A program made the translations under genes and the position numbers. A model generated the notes under the pieces. It did no database searches and was not told the origin of the DNA. It worked only from the letters and a program-made list of their open reading frames with translations. A stretch of 64,000 nucleotides of DNA from positions 22,273-86,272 of the forward strand of contig URWY01000001.1 in the NCBI GenBank assembly GCA_900551705.1, read 5' to 3'. Of this stretch, positions 56,432 through 64,000 are shown one piece after another (position 1 is the stretch's first letter; each line of letters starts with the position of its first letter). The DNA comes from an uncultured Bacillota bacterium (GTDB taxonomy: Bacteria; Bacillota; Clostridia; Christensenellales; UBA1242).

Positions 56432-57967
56432 ATGGAAATTTTAACACAAAAGATTAAGAATAAGTTTGGCGAGAAATACTCATATTTAAAATTATATGAA
56501 GTAAATTTTGACAAGCAAAAAAAATATGTTGAAATTATCTTTTTGTATCCAGAAAACATAGAGACAATGAGTGAAGAAGATAAAAAGCAAATTAGCGACT
56601 TTTTAAAGCAATCCTTAAACTTAAATTCTGATTTATATGTTAAATTTAAAAAGAGTTATTTAGACGCCGATCTTATTATGTCTTCGCTTTTAAATTACAT
56701 TAAATCTAACCATTCGTCAGTCTATACTTTTTTAGATGAAGATAAAATCAACATAAGAAGAGAAGGCTTTTGGATTGAAATTTCGTTTGTATTAAACGAA
56801 GAATTATATGAACTATATTCCAATAAAAATTTGGAAGAAGAAATTAGAAAATTTCTTGAAAAAAACTTTTTATGCGATTTTACAGTTAAAATTGATAAAA
56901 TTCAAGAAAATATTAACACGGAAGGCATTTTAGAAAAGCAAAACAAGTTGACTTACGACAAAGTTTCAGTCATGCCAAAAATTCCAAGATATCGTGTTAG
57001 CGATGTTGATAATATTTTTGGACATGATATTGAACCATTGCCAGAGTTTATCAAAAATATTAAATTTGAGAAAAGTTCTGTTATTTTAGCAGGTAGAATT
57101 GAAGATTTTGAAAAGAAAAGTTATGAATCTAAAAAAGGTAAAAGCAAAGGTAAAACAAAATTCTATTATGCTTTTGTTTTGAATGACACAACGGCAAAAA
57201 TTGAAGTTCGTTACTTCACAACAAAAGCAAATGAAGTTAAAATGGATAAACTTTTCAATGGTGGCGAAGTTATCATTGTTGGTGATGTGAGAGAGTTCAA
57301 TAAAAAGTTCACTTTGTATGTAAATTCAATTTCATATTGCAAATTGCCTGAAATTATTGAGTATAAATCTGAATTTTCAGACGGCTATGAAGTTGTCAAA
57401 CCAAAGCCATATTCTATTGTTAAGCAAGAAAATATTTTCATTAAAGAAAAACCACTTCCAAGAGAAGTTTTGGAAACGGAATATGTTGTATTTGATACGG
57501 AAACAACTGGACTTGATGGAGATGTTGATGAAATTATCGAAATAGGAGCGGTAAAAATTAAAAATGGCGTCATTTGCGAACAATTCCAAACACTTATTAA
57601 ACCACAAAGACCAATTCCAGAAGAAGCCACAAAAATTAACAATATTTCAAATGAAATGGTTAGTGATGCACCAACTGGCGATGTTGCAATTAGAGATTTC
57701 TATCGTTGGACAAGGGGTGCAACGCTGGTTGCATATAACATTCAATTTGACCAAAAATTTATCAATAATGCAGGAAAAAAGGAAGGGCTTACTTTTGATA
57801 ACCCAGGCATAGATTGTTTGGTGATCGCAAGAAACAAACTTAGACTTCCAAAGTATAGATTGTCAGATGTTGTAAAACGCCTTGACATAACTTTAAACAA
57901 CGCACATCGTGCACTTGCTGATGCGATTGCAACAGCAGAAGCGTTTTTAATATTAATGAGAAGTTAA
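56432..57967 (+). CDS. PolC-like N-terminal/OB-fold region fused to a DEDDh 3'-5' exonuclease (no polymerase domain)
   Basis: Exo I 'YVVFDTETTGL', Exo II 'LVAYNIQFDQKF', Exo III 'HRALADAIATAEAF'. The preceding OB-like block 'VILAGRIEDFEKKS...FYYAFVLNDTTAKIEVRYF...VIIVGDVREF' resembles the PolC OB domain. Confidence 0.7.
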   Translation: MEILTQKIKNKFGEKYSYLKLYEVNFDKQKKYVEIIFLYPENIETMSEEDKKQISDFLKQSLNLNSDLYVKFKKSYLDADLIMSSLLNYIKSNHSSVYTFLDEDKINIRREGFWIEISFVLNEELYELYSNKNLEEEIRKFLEKNFLCDFTVKIDKIQENINTEGILEKQNKLTYDKVSVMPKIPRYRVSDVDNIFGHDIEPLPEFIKNIKFEKSSVILAGRIEDFEKKSYESKKGKSKGKTKFYYAFVLNDTTAKIEVRYFTTKANEVKMDKLFNGGEVIIVGDVREFNKKFTLYVNSISYCKLPEIIEYKSEFSDGYEVVKPKPYSIVKQENIFIKEKPLPREVLETEYVVFDTETTGLDGDVDEIIEIGAVKIKNGVICEQFQTLIKPQRPIPEEATKINNISNEMVSDAPTGDVAIRDFYRWTRGATLVAYNIQFDQKFINNAGKKEGLTFDNPGIDCLVIARNKLRLPKYRLSDVVKRLDITLNNAHRALADAIATAEAFLILMRS

Positions 57968-58014
57968 AAAAATCACGAAAATATCGTGATTTTTTCGTAT
58001 TTTTTATATTTTTT

Positions 58015-59547
58015 CTATATATCAACGCGTTTTTGATTGTAATAAACAACTTTTTCTCCACCAGTAAGCGGTTCAGTAAGTTCTGGGTTTTGAACTCTCA
58101 AAACTTCTTGGGCAACTTTTAAATCTTTTGCGATGTCCCAAATTGTTTGACCAGGAACAGCGTAGTAAATTTCAATAGCAGATGTGTTTTGTTCAACTTC
58201 TTCGCCACGAACGATATCTGAGATGATAGCGTTTGCAACAGTTTTATTAAACCAAGCACCAAGTTTGATTTTGCCGTCAATGAAAATCTCTCTGCCGCGT
58301 TTTGCTGTTGCATCAACATCGTATAAAATTGTTTCAACTTTGACATTAACATCAGTGTTGTCTAAATTTGTTCTTTCTGTTTGTGAGAATGGAATTTCAA
58401 TTTCAACTGAATTGATTGAATTTTCGTCATCGTTAAGGTAAATCACTGTTGAATGTAAAATTCCTTCAACTAATAATTCTCTGTTTTCGTAAGCAACATT
58501 CGTTAAGGTGATATAGGAGCCGTCAACAGCAAGAATTTTATCAATTCTAGGAAGTGACTCGTCAAGAGTGATATTTCCGTCAATTTTGAAATCAAAATTT
58601 TCATTTCCTAAATGTTCTGTTGATTGGAACCCGATAGTTGTAAGCGAAATTTCATTTTTTGTTGCATAAGCATCAGTTGTGATTGTGATGTTTTTGTTCT
58701 CAAAAATTTCATAGCAAAGTCTTATTGGTATGGAAATTTCAACACTTTGATTTTCTTCCAAAACTTTGGCTTCAACATTTTCGCAAACAACTCTTGCGCA
58801 CGCTTCAATTACACTGTCTTTCTTTGCGTTGCCGTCTTCAATTTCTTCTCTGAAATTTTCAAAGTTTGAAAGAGCAATTAAAAGCGGACGATCTTCGTTT
58901 GTTGTAACAAGTGCGCGAGCAAAAACTTCTCCTTCAAAAATAACCATACTATCAAGAGAATCAACTTTTTTGATGATTGCTCCTGCGTTTAAAGAAAGGA
59001 TTTCGCCAACAGGTATTTTGCTGTCAAGCACAACAGGTTGTGTGAATGTTGAGCAGTTTTTACCTGTGAAATTTGAAAGGGGAATTTCAGATTGCATAAC
59101 AAAGATATCGTCATCGCCACCAGCATAAACTTGAACATCTTGATTTTCAAGGTGATAGAAAGAAACTTCAACAGTTGTTTTAACTCTTGCAGTGTCATTA
59201 GACAATTTTTCAATTTCGCTTGAAACAATGTTTGGAATCAACCTAATTGCACCGCTTACATTAACGCCAGCATTTTCATATTTGCTGCTAAAAGGTGTGG
59301 TTGCTTTTAGATATTCCATATTTCCGTCTTCTTTCATATACACAACATTGGTGTTAAGCGAACCAGAGAAATTAACTTCGCCAACTAAAAGTTCTGTGCT
59401 GTCCACAAAGAAACAAGAACTAACTGACAAAATTTTAGTTACATTTTTGTCTGCCAAATTGATATTTGTTTCAATTTGTTCCGTTTTGCTGCCAAGTAAA
59501 TGTTCGATTACTGCCTTTTCATTGGTGATGTTTGAATCGTTCTGCAT
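58015..59547 (-). CDS. DUF3794-like repeat protein with C-terminal LysM domain (sporulation-associated, tentative)
   Basis: C-terminal LysM 'IYYAVPGQTIWDIAKDLKVAQEVLRVQNPEL'. Located next to yabP/yabQ/divIC. Confidence 0.6.
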   Translation of the reverse strand: MQNDSNITNEKAVIEHLLGSKTEQIETNINLADKNVTKILSVSSCFFVDSTELLVGEVNFSGSLNTNVVYMKEDGNMEYLKATTPFSSKYENAGVNVSGAIRLIPNIVSSEIEKLSNDTARVKTTVEVSFYHLENQDVQVYAGGDDDIFVMQSEIPLSNFTGKNCSTFTQPVVLDSKIPVGEILSLNAGAIIKKVDSLDSMVIFEGEVFARALVTTNEDRPLLIALSNFENFREEIEDGNAKKDSVIEACARVVCENVEAKVLEENQSVEISIPIRLCYEIFENKNITITTDAYATKNEISLTTIGFQSTEHLGNENFDFKIDGNITLDESLPRIDKILAVDGSYITLTNVAYENRELLVEGILHSTVIYLNDDENSINSVEIEIPFSQTERTNLDNTDVNVKVETILYDVDATAKRGREIFIDGKIKLGAWFNKTVANAIISDIVRGEEVEQNTSAIEIYYAVPGQTIWDIAKDLKVAQEVLRVQNPELTEPLTGGEKVVYYNQKRVDI

Positions 59548-59737
59548 AATTATCCCCCTTCGATAAAAGTTGTTATATTTTATCTTTTCAGTTTTTGAAA
59601 TATGACAATTTTATAAAAAAACTTTTCAAAGTTTTATGTTTTATGGCAAATTTGATATGTGTTGCTTGCAATTTCTTTCTATTTATTTGACTTAATTTTC
59701 TTAATTAAGTATTATATTTATATAGTAAGGGGGTTGT

Positions 59738-60511
59738 ATGGGTAAAACTAATACAAAAAAAATTCAAATTTGGCTTATCTGTATAATTTGCTTTTTGTTT
59801 GCAGTGCTGCTTGCTTTTAGCGTAACTGCTGCATATTTTGGTAGAAATAGATCCTTTGAAGGCACTTTGGAGTTTTCTTCGGGAATTAAAATAGATTATT
59901 CCAATGTTGAAGATAATGGCGACAAGAGTTTTACGCTTTTAAAACTTGGTAATAAAGCAACGATAGGCTCTTTTAACGGAAATAATTTAACAAAATTAGA
60001 TGAAAACAGCAGTGATGTTGCGTCTTCGGATATTTTTTATATTGCAAATCCAGAGATTTCACCAGCACAAGACACCATAGAATATTATTTGCGAATAAAG
60101 GTGCAATTTTTAACAACCGTGCAAGATGGTGCAACAGTGAGAGATAGAGAAATGACGGTGGCGGAGATTTTAAATGTATTTGGAACTGCAAATCCAATTT
60201 CAGCAAATCAAACAACCGAAGAAAGCATTGGCTTTATTTATAAAGACGGATATTATTATTTAACTAAAGCAGGCGAAACAAGCGTTAATGGCTATGAAAG
60301 TTTGCATTTGAACACATCAGAACAAAGCGGCGGAGTTTATCTTTTCAAATCTGATGGCGTAAATCAAAGCGTAAATTATTTTGAACTTAAACTCGCTGAA
60401 ATCGTTGACGAATACTTGGTGGACAACTTCAAGTTGTCAATCAAAATCGAAGCGATTGACGCTCGTTCAAATTCAGGCGCGGTTATAGATGATGTTTGGA
60501 ACATAGCGTAA
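59738..60511 (+). CDS. Secreted protein with SipW-dependent (TasA/camelysin-type) signal peptide (tentative)
   Basis: 'KKIQIWLICIICFLFAVLLAFSVTAAYFGRN' resembles the T-x-AYF signal class. Confidence 0.5.
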   Translation: MGKTNTKKIQIWLICIICFLFAVLLAFSVTAAYFGRNRSFEGTLEFSSGIKIDYSNVEDNGDKSFTLLKLGNKATIGSFNGNNLTKLDENSSDVASSDIFYIANPEISPAQDTIEYYLRIKVQFLTTVQDGATVRDREMTVAEILNVFGTANPISANQTTEESIGFIYKDGYYYLTKAGETSVNGYESLHLNTSEQSGGVYLFKSDGVNQSVNYFELKLAEIVDEYLVDNFKLSIKIEAIDARSNSGAVIDDVWNIA

Positions 60512-60582
60512 TAATTTAATAATCATTTTTTAAACTTCTATACAATAAAATATATAGAAGTTTTTTTATGCAAGGAGATTTT

Positions 60583-60834
60583 ATGGACAATAAATTGACG
60601 CTAACAAACAGAAAAAATTTATGCTTAACAGGCATTGAAAAGGTGGTTGGAATTTCCGATAGCGAACTTTTGGTTGAAGTAGATGGGGTTGCTTTATCTG
60701 TTCAAGGATCTAACATGGAAGTTAAAAAGTTAGATGTTGAGAGTGGTATTTTGGAAGTTGACGGTATGATAAATAATGTAAAATATTTCGATAAAAAACA
60801 AAAATTGAGTTTTATTAAGCGTATTTTTAAATAA
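60583..60834 (+). CDS. yabP: Sporulation protein YabP
   Basis: 'LTLTNRKNLCLTGIEKVVGISDSELLVEV...LSVQGSNMEVKKLDVESG'. ATG 60583 after an AAGGAG SD. Confidence 0.8.
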   Translation: MDNKLTLTNRKNLCLTGIEKVVGISDSELLVEVDGVALSVQGSNMEVKKLDVESGILEVDGMINNVKYFDKKQKLSFIKRIFK

Positions 60835-60849
60835 AATTGAGAGAAATTC

Positions 60850-61236
60850 ATGATTTTATATGAAACTTTAAATCAACCTTTAATTTTTTTGATTATCTTG
60901 TGTGCTGGTTTTTTGTCTGGCTTAGTTTTTGATGTCAGTAAATATTTAACATTTTTGTTTAACAATAATAAAATATTTCAAAAGATTTTCGACACAATCG
61001 CTGTGGCGATATGTGGCTGTGTATTTTTTGTTTGTCTATTGTATTTAAATTTTGGAGAATTTAGATTTTATATTTTGCTCGGCTATGTTGCCGGAATTTT
61101 AATTGAACGATTTTCATTAGGTTTAATAGTTGCAAAAATTTGCGCGGTTTGTTATAATGCTTTTAGAAATTTAATGACAAAGTTGTCTAGCAAAATTTTT
61201 AAGAGAAAAACAAATGAAAGTGACAAGCAAAGGTAA
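60850..61236 (+). CDS. yabQ: Spore cortex biosynthesis protein YabQ
   Basis: 128-aa multi-TM protein immediately after yabP. Confidence 0.6.
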   Translation: MILYETLNQPLIFLIILCAGFLSGLVFDVSKYLTFLFNNNKIFQKIFDTIAVAICGCVFFVCLLYLNFGEFRFYILLGYVAGILIERFSLGLIVAKICAVCYNAFRNLMTKLSSKIFKRKTNESDKQR

Positions 61237-61492
61237 AAGAAATTTGATAATTATTGTGAGTGCAATAACTGTTGTTGTGCTTGTTTTGCTTTGCGTGATA
61301 ATTTGGCAAACAGTCAAAGTGAATAAATTAAAATCCGAGATTAATGATTTAGACACTAAGATAGTCGAAACTAACGCGGAACTTGAATTAAAAGAAAGTA
61401 AAGTGAAATATTTTGAAAGCGAACAATATCAAGAAGATTATAAGAAATATGAACTTGGCTATGCCGAAAACGAAAACACTATGTATAAATAA
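61214..61492 (+). CDS. divIC: Septum formation initiator (DivIC/FtsB family)
   Basis: N-terminal TM helix, coiled coil, and a C-terminal 'YELGYAENENTMY'-type tail. yabP-yabQ-divIC synteny. Confidence 0.7.
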   Translation: MKVTSKGKRNLIIIVSAITVVVLVLLCVIIWQTVKVNKLKSEINDLDTKIVETNAELELKESKVKYFESEQYQEDYKKYELGYAENENTMYK

Positions 61493-61552
61493 ATTTGAGA
61501 AAAACTCGTCCGAATTGGAGGAGTTTTATTTTGTTTAAAATAGGCTAATTTG

Positions 61553-61581
61553 TTGACAAAATCGGGGTGCTTTATTATAAT
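61553..61581 (+). promoter_or_regulatory. Consensus SigA promoter of valS
   Basis: TTGACA (61553-61558), 17 nt, TATAAT (61576-61581), preceded by the divIC terminator hairpin (aaaactc...gagtttt). Confidence 0.65.
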
Positions 61582-61620
61582 AAAACAAGTTTATAAATTT
61601 ATATAAAAAAGGCAAGAAAA

Positions 61621-64000
61621 ATGTTAGATAAAAAGTATAATTTTAATGAATCAGAAAAGAAATGGCAAAAATTTTGGCAAGAGAAAGGAATTTACAAGTT
61701 CAATAAAAATTCCGATAAAAAGATATTTTCAATAGACACTCCACCACCAACAGTTAGCGGCAAAATTCATATTGGGCATATTTTTTCATATTCACAAGCA
61801 GAATTTGTTGCTAGATACAAAAGAATGACAGGCTACAATGTCTTTTATCCATTTGGATTTGACGATAACGGATTGCCAACAGAAAGGCTTGTTGAAAAAG
61901 AATTCGGCATAAAAGCGCACGAAGTTTCAAGAGAAGAATTTAGAGATAAATGCATGCAAGTTGCAAAAAAATATGAAGAAGAATTTAAAAATCTTTTCAT
62001 TGCAGCGGGCAATAGCGCAGATTTTTCAATGTGCTACTCAACAGTAAGCCCAGAAGTGCAAAGAATATCTCAAAAATCATTTTTAGATTTGGTTAGAGCA
62101 GGGGAAGCATATTATGGCGAAAAACCTGCAATTTGGTGTCCGGAATGTAGAATTTCGATTGCACAAGCAGAACTTGAAAGTAAAGATATTGAAAGTTCTT
62201 TCAACTATTTAAAATTCAATTTGGCGGACGGCTCAGGCTATCTTGAAATCGCAACAACAAGGCCTGAAATGCTTTGTGCTTGCGTTTGCGTTTTTGTTAA
62301 TCCAAATGACGAAAGATTTGCTAGTTATGTTGGCAAAAAAGTAATCGTTCCACTTTACAACTTTGAAGTTGAAATTTTAACTGACGATAAAGTAGCGTTA
62401 GACAAAGGCACTGGTGTAGTTATGTGCTGCACTTATGGTGACGAAACAGATTTATATTGGCAAGAAGCACATCATTTGCCACGCAAAACAGCGATTGATG
62501 ACGGCGGCAGAATGACTGCACTTGCTGGAAAATATGAAGGCATGAAAGTTAAGGTCGCTAGGGCTCAAATTATTGAAGATTTAAGAGCAGCAGACTTGCT
62601 TTTGAAACAAGAACCACTTGTTCACGCCGTTGCAACTCATGAAAGATGTGGAACTCCAATGGAAATCAACATCAAAAAACAATGGTTTATCAAACTTGTT
62701 GAACATAAAGACGAATTTTTGAAGCGTGGAGAACAAATAAATTGGTATCCAGACTTTATGAAAAGCAGATATACAAATTGGGTTGAAAATGTTGACCGCG
62801 ATTGGTGTATTTCGCGTCAAAGATATTTCGGTGTTCCAATTCCTGTTTGGTATTGCGAAGATTGCGGCGAAATTATTTTGCCAGAAGACGACAGATTGCC
62901 AATCAATCCACTTGTAGACGCTCCTAATAAGCCATGTCCAAAATGCGGAAGCACTCATTTCAGACCAGAAACAGATATTTTTGACACATGGCAAACTTCG
63001 TCAATCGCTCCACAAATCAACTGCAAATGGAATGTTGATGACGAATTCTATAAAAAGATGATGCCAATGAGTTTGCGTCCAAATGCTCACGACATTATCA
63101 GAACTTGGGATTTCTACACAATAGCGAAATCTCATTATCATTCAAATTGTTTGCCATGGGAAAATGTTATGATTTCCGGATTTGTTATGGCAAATAAAGA
63201 CGAAAAAATAAGTAAATCAAAATCAAATTCTAAAATGTCGCCAGAACTTTTGCTTCAAGAAAAATCTGCAGACATAACAAGATACTGGGCAAGCACAGGA
63301 AGCCTTGGTAGAGATATTATTTTCACAGAGGAAGAATTTAAAAATGGCGCAAAACTTGTAAACAAAATTTGGAATGCGTCAAGGTTTGTTTTGTCACTTT
63401 TGGAAGGATATGCTCCTCACGAAGTTGAATTAAAACCTATGGACCAATGGATTATTGCAAAGTTCAACGAAATGCAAAAACGCTTTAAAGGCTATTTTGA
63501 CAAGTATGAAATTGGACTTTCAATGAATGAACTTGAAAAATTCTTCTGGAATTTCTGCGATAATTATATTGAAATCGTTAAAAGAAGATTATATAATCCA
63601 GACATTTATGGTATGGACGCAACAGAAAGTGCAAGATACGCATCTTATAAAGTTTTATTTGGTATGTTGCAACTCTTTGCTATCTATTTGCCTCATATCA
63701 CAGAAGAAATTTATCAATCATATTTTAGAGAGTTTGAAAAAGAAATTTCAATTCATTTAACTCAAATTAATGAAATTAACGCAAAATTTGATGAAAATAT
63801 CATAAAAAACGGCGATGAAGTTGTTGATGTTGTGTCGTTTGTTAGAGGATATAAATCTGAAAACAACTATTCAATGAAAGAAGAACTTGACGAAGTTACA
63901 ATCGTTGGCTATTCAGACTTCTTGAAATCTGTTGACTACGATATAACAGCCGTTTGCGGAATTAAGTCTTTAAAATTTAAAGACGGCGAGAAAGAAATTA
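61621..64000 (+). CDS. valS: Valine--tRNA ligase, 3' end outside window (absent from the ORF track because no stop is reached)
   Basis: My own translation gives 'MLDKKYNFNESEKKWQKFWQEKGIYKF...DTPPPTVSGKIHIGHIFSYSQAEFVARYKRMTGYNVFYPFGFDDNGLPTERLVEKE'. KMSKS-like 'KISKSKSNS' near 63200. The frame is open to base 64000. Confidence 0.85.
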   Translation, partial: MLDKKYNFNESEKKWQKFWQEKGIYKFNKNSDKKIFSIDTPPPTVSGKIHIGHIFSYSQAEFVARYKRMTGYNVFYPFGFDDNGLPTERLVEKEFGIKAHEVSREEFRDKCMQVAKKYEEEFKNLFIAAGNSADFSMCYSTVSPEVQRISQKSFLDLVRAGEAYYGEKPAIWCPECRISIAQAELESKDIESSFNYLKFNLADGSGYLEIATTRPEMLCACVCVFVNPNDERFASYVGKKVIVPLYNFEVEILTDDKVALDKGTGVVMCCTYGDETDLYWQEAHHLPRKTAIDDGGRMTALAGKYEGMKVKVARAQIIEDLRAADLLLKQEPLVHAVATHERCGTPMEINIKKQWFIKLVEHKDEFLKRGEQINWYPDFMKSRYTNWVENVDRDWCISRQRYFGVPIPVWYCEDCGEIILPEDDRLPINPLVDAPNKPCPKCGSTHFRPETDIFDTWQTSSIAPQINCKWNVDDEFYKKMMPMSLRPNAHDIIRTWDFYTIAKSHYHSNCLPWENVMISGFVMANKDEKISKSKSNSKMSPELLLQEKSADITRYWASTGSLGRDIIFTEEEFKNGAKLVNKIWNASRFVLSLLEGYAPHEVELKPMDQWIIAKFNEMQKRFKGYFDKYEIGLSMNELEKFFWNFCDNYIEIVKRRLYNPDIYGMDATESARYASYKVLFGMLQLFAIYLPHITEEIYQSYFREFEKEISIHLTQINEINAKFDENIIKNGDEVVDVVSFVRGYKSENNYSMKEELDEVTIVGYSDFLKSVDYDITAVCGIKSLKFKDGEKEI

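Noticed and set aside
62581-63760. Track ORFs 62581..62994 (-) and 63527..63760 (+)
   Set aside because: Both lie inside the valS reading frame (61621 to the window end). The track omits valS because no stop codon is reached.

Overview
Low-GC Firmicutes chromosome, probably a sporulating Clostridia-like organism (spo0A, yabP/yabQ/divIC, ytfJ, Prp-L27, dac-rluB synteny). The window has two parts. (1) Bases 1 to about 14,550 are an accessory or defence island that runs off the left edge. Its right end is a frameshifted large serine recombinase abutting a degenerate 3' half of tRNA-Ser. An intact tRNA-Ser(UGA) lies about 0.9 kb further right, with a GNAT gene and a metK remnant in between. The island carries a tightly coupled 7-gene operon: a giant NTPase (tentatively BrxC-like), a cysteine desulfurase, an HKD-nuclease/SF2-helicase fusion, a 61-aa ORF, a DndD/SspC-like SMC ATPase and two unknown proteins. 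I cannot map this operon onto the canonical Dnd, Ssp, Dpt, Pbe or BREX gene sets. It is my best candidate for an undescribed sulfur-dependent DNA modification/restriction system. After it comes a single-gene cassette, a PD-(D/E)xK nuclease fused to a DUF2075 SF1-type ATPase, bracketed by a 32-bp direct repeat. (2) Bases 15.6-64 kb are ordinary core genome: hflX, glnS, htrA-like, nrnA, yifB-like, nrdR, feoAB, der, plsY, tRNA-Ala/Ile, ogt, proS, an ABC transporter, tuf, tRNA-Val, plsX, rplU-prp-rpmA-rpmB, sporulation genes, spo0A, tilS and valS (3' end outside the window). Oddities in the core are an orphan VirD4-type coupling protein with a pilin-like gene and a GLUG surface protein placed directly upstream of glnS, a PolC-like N-terminal/OB/exonuclease protein without a polymerase, and an INS-less ProRS. 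No CRISPR array, rRNA or IS element was seen. All functional calls rest on motifs read by eye and remembered family features. No database search was run.
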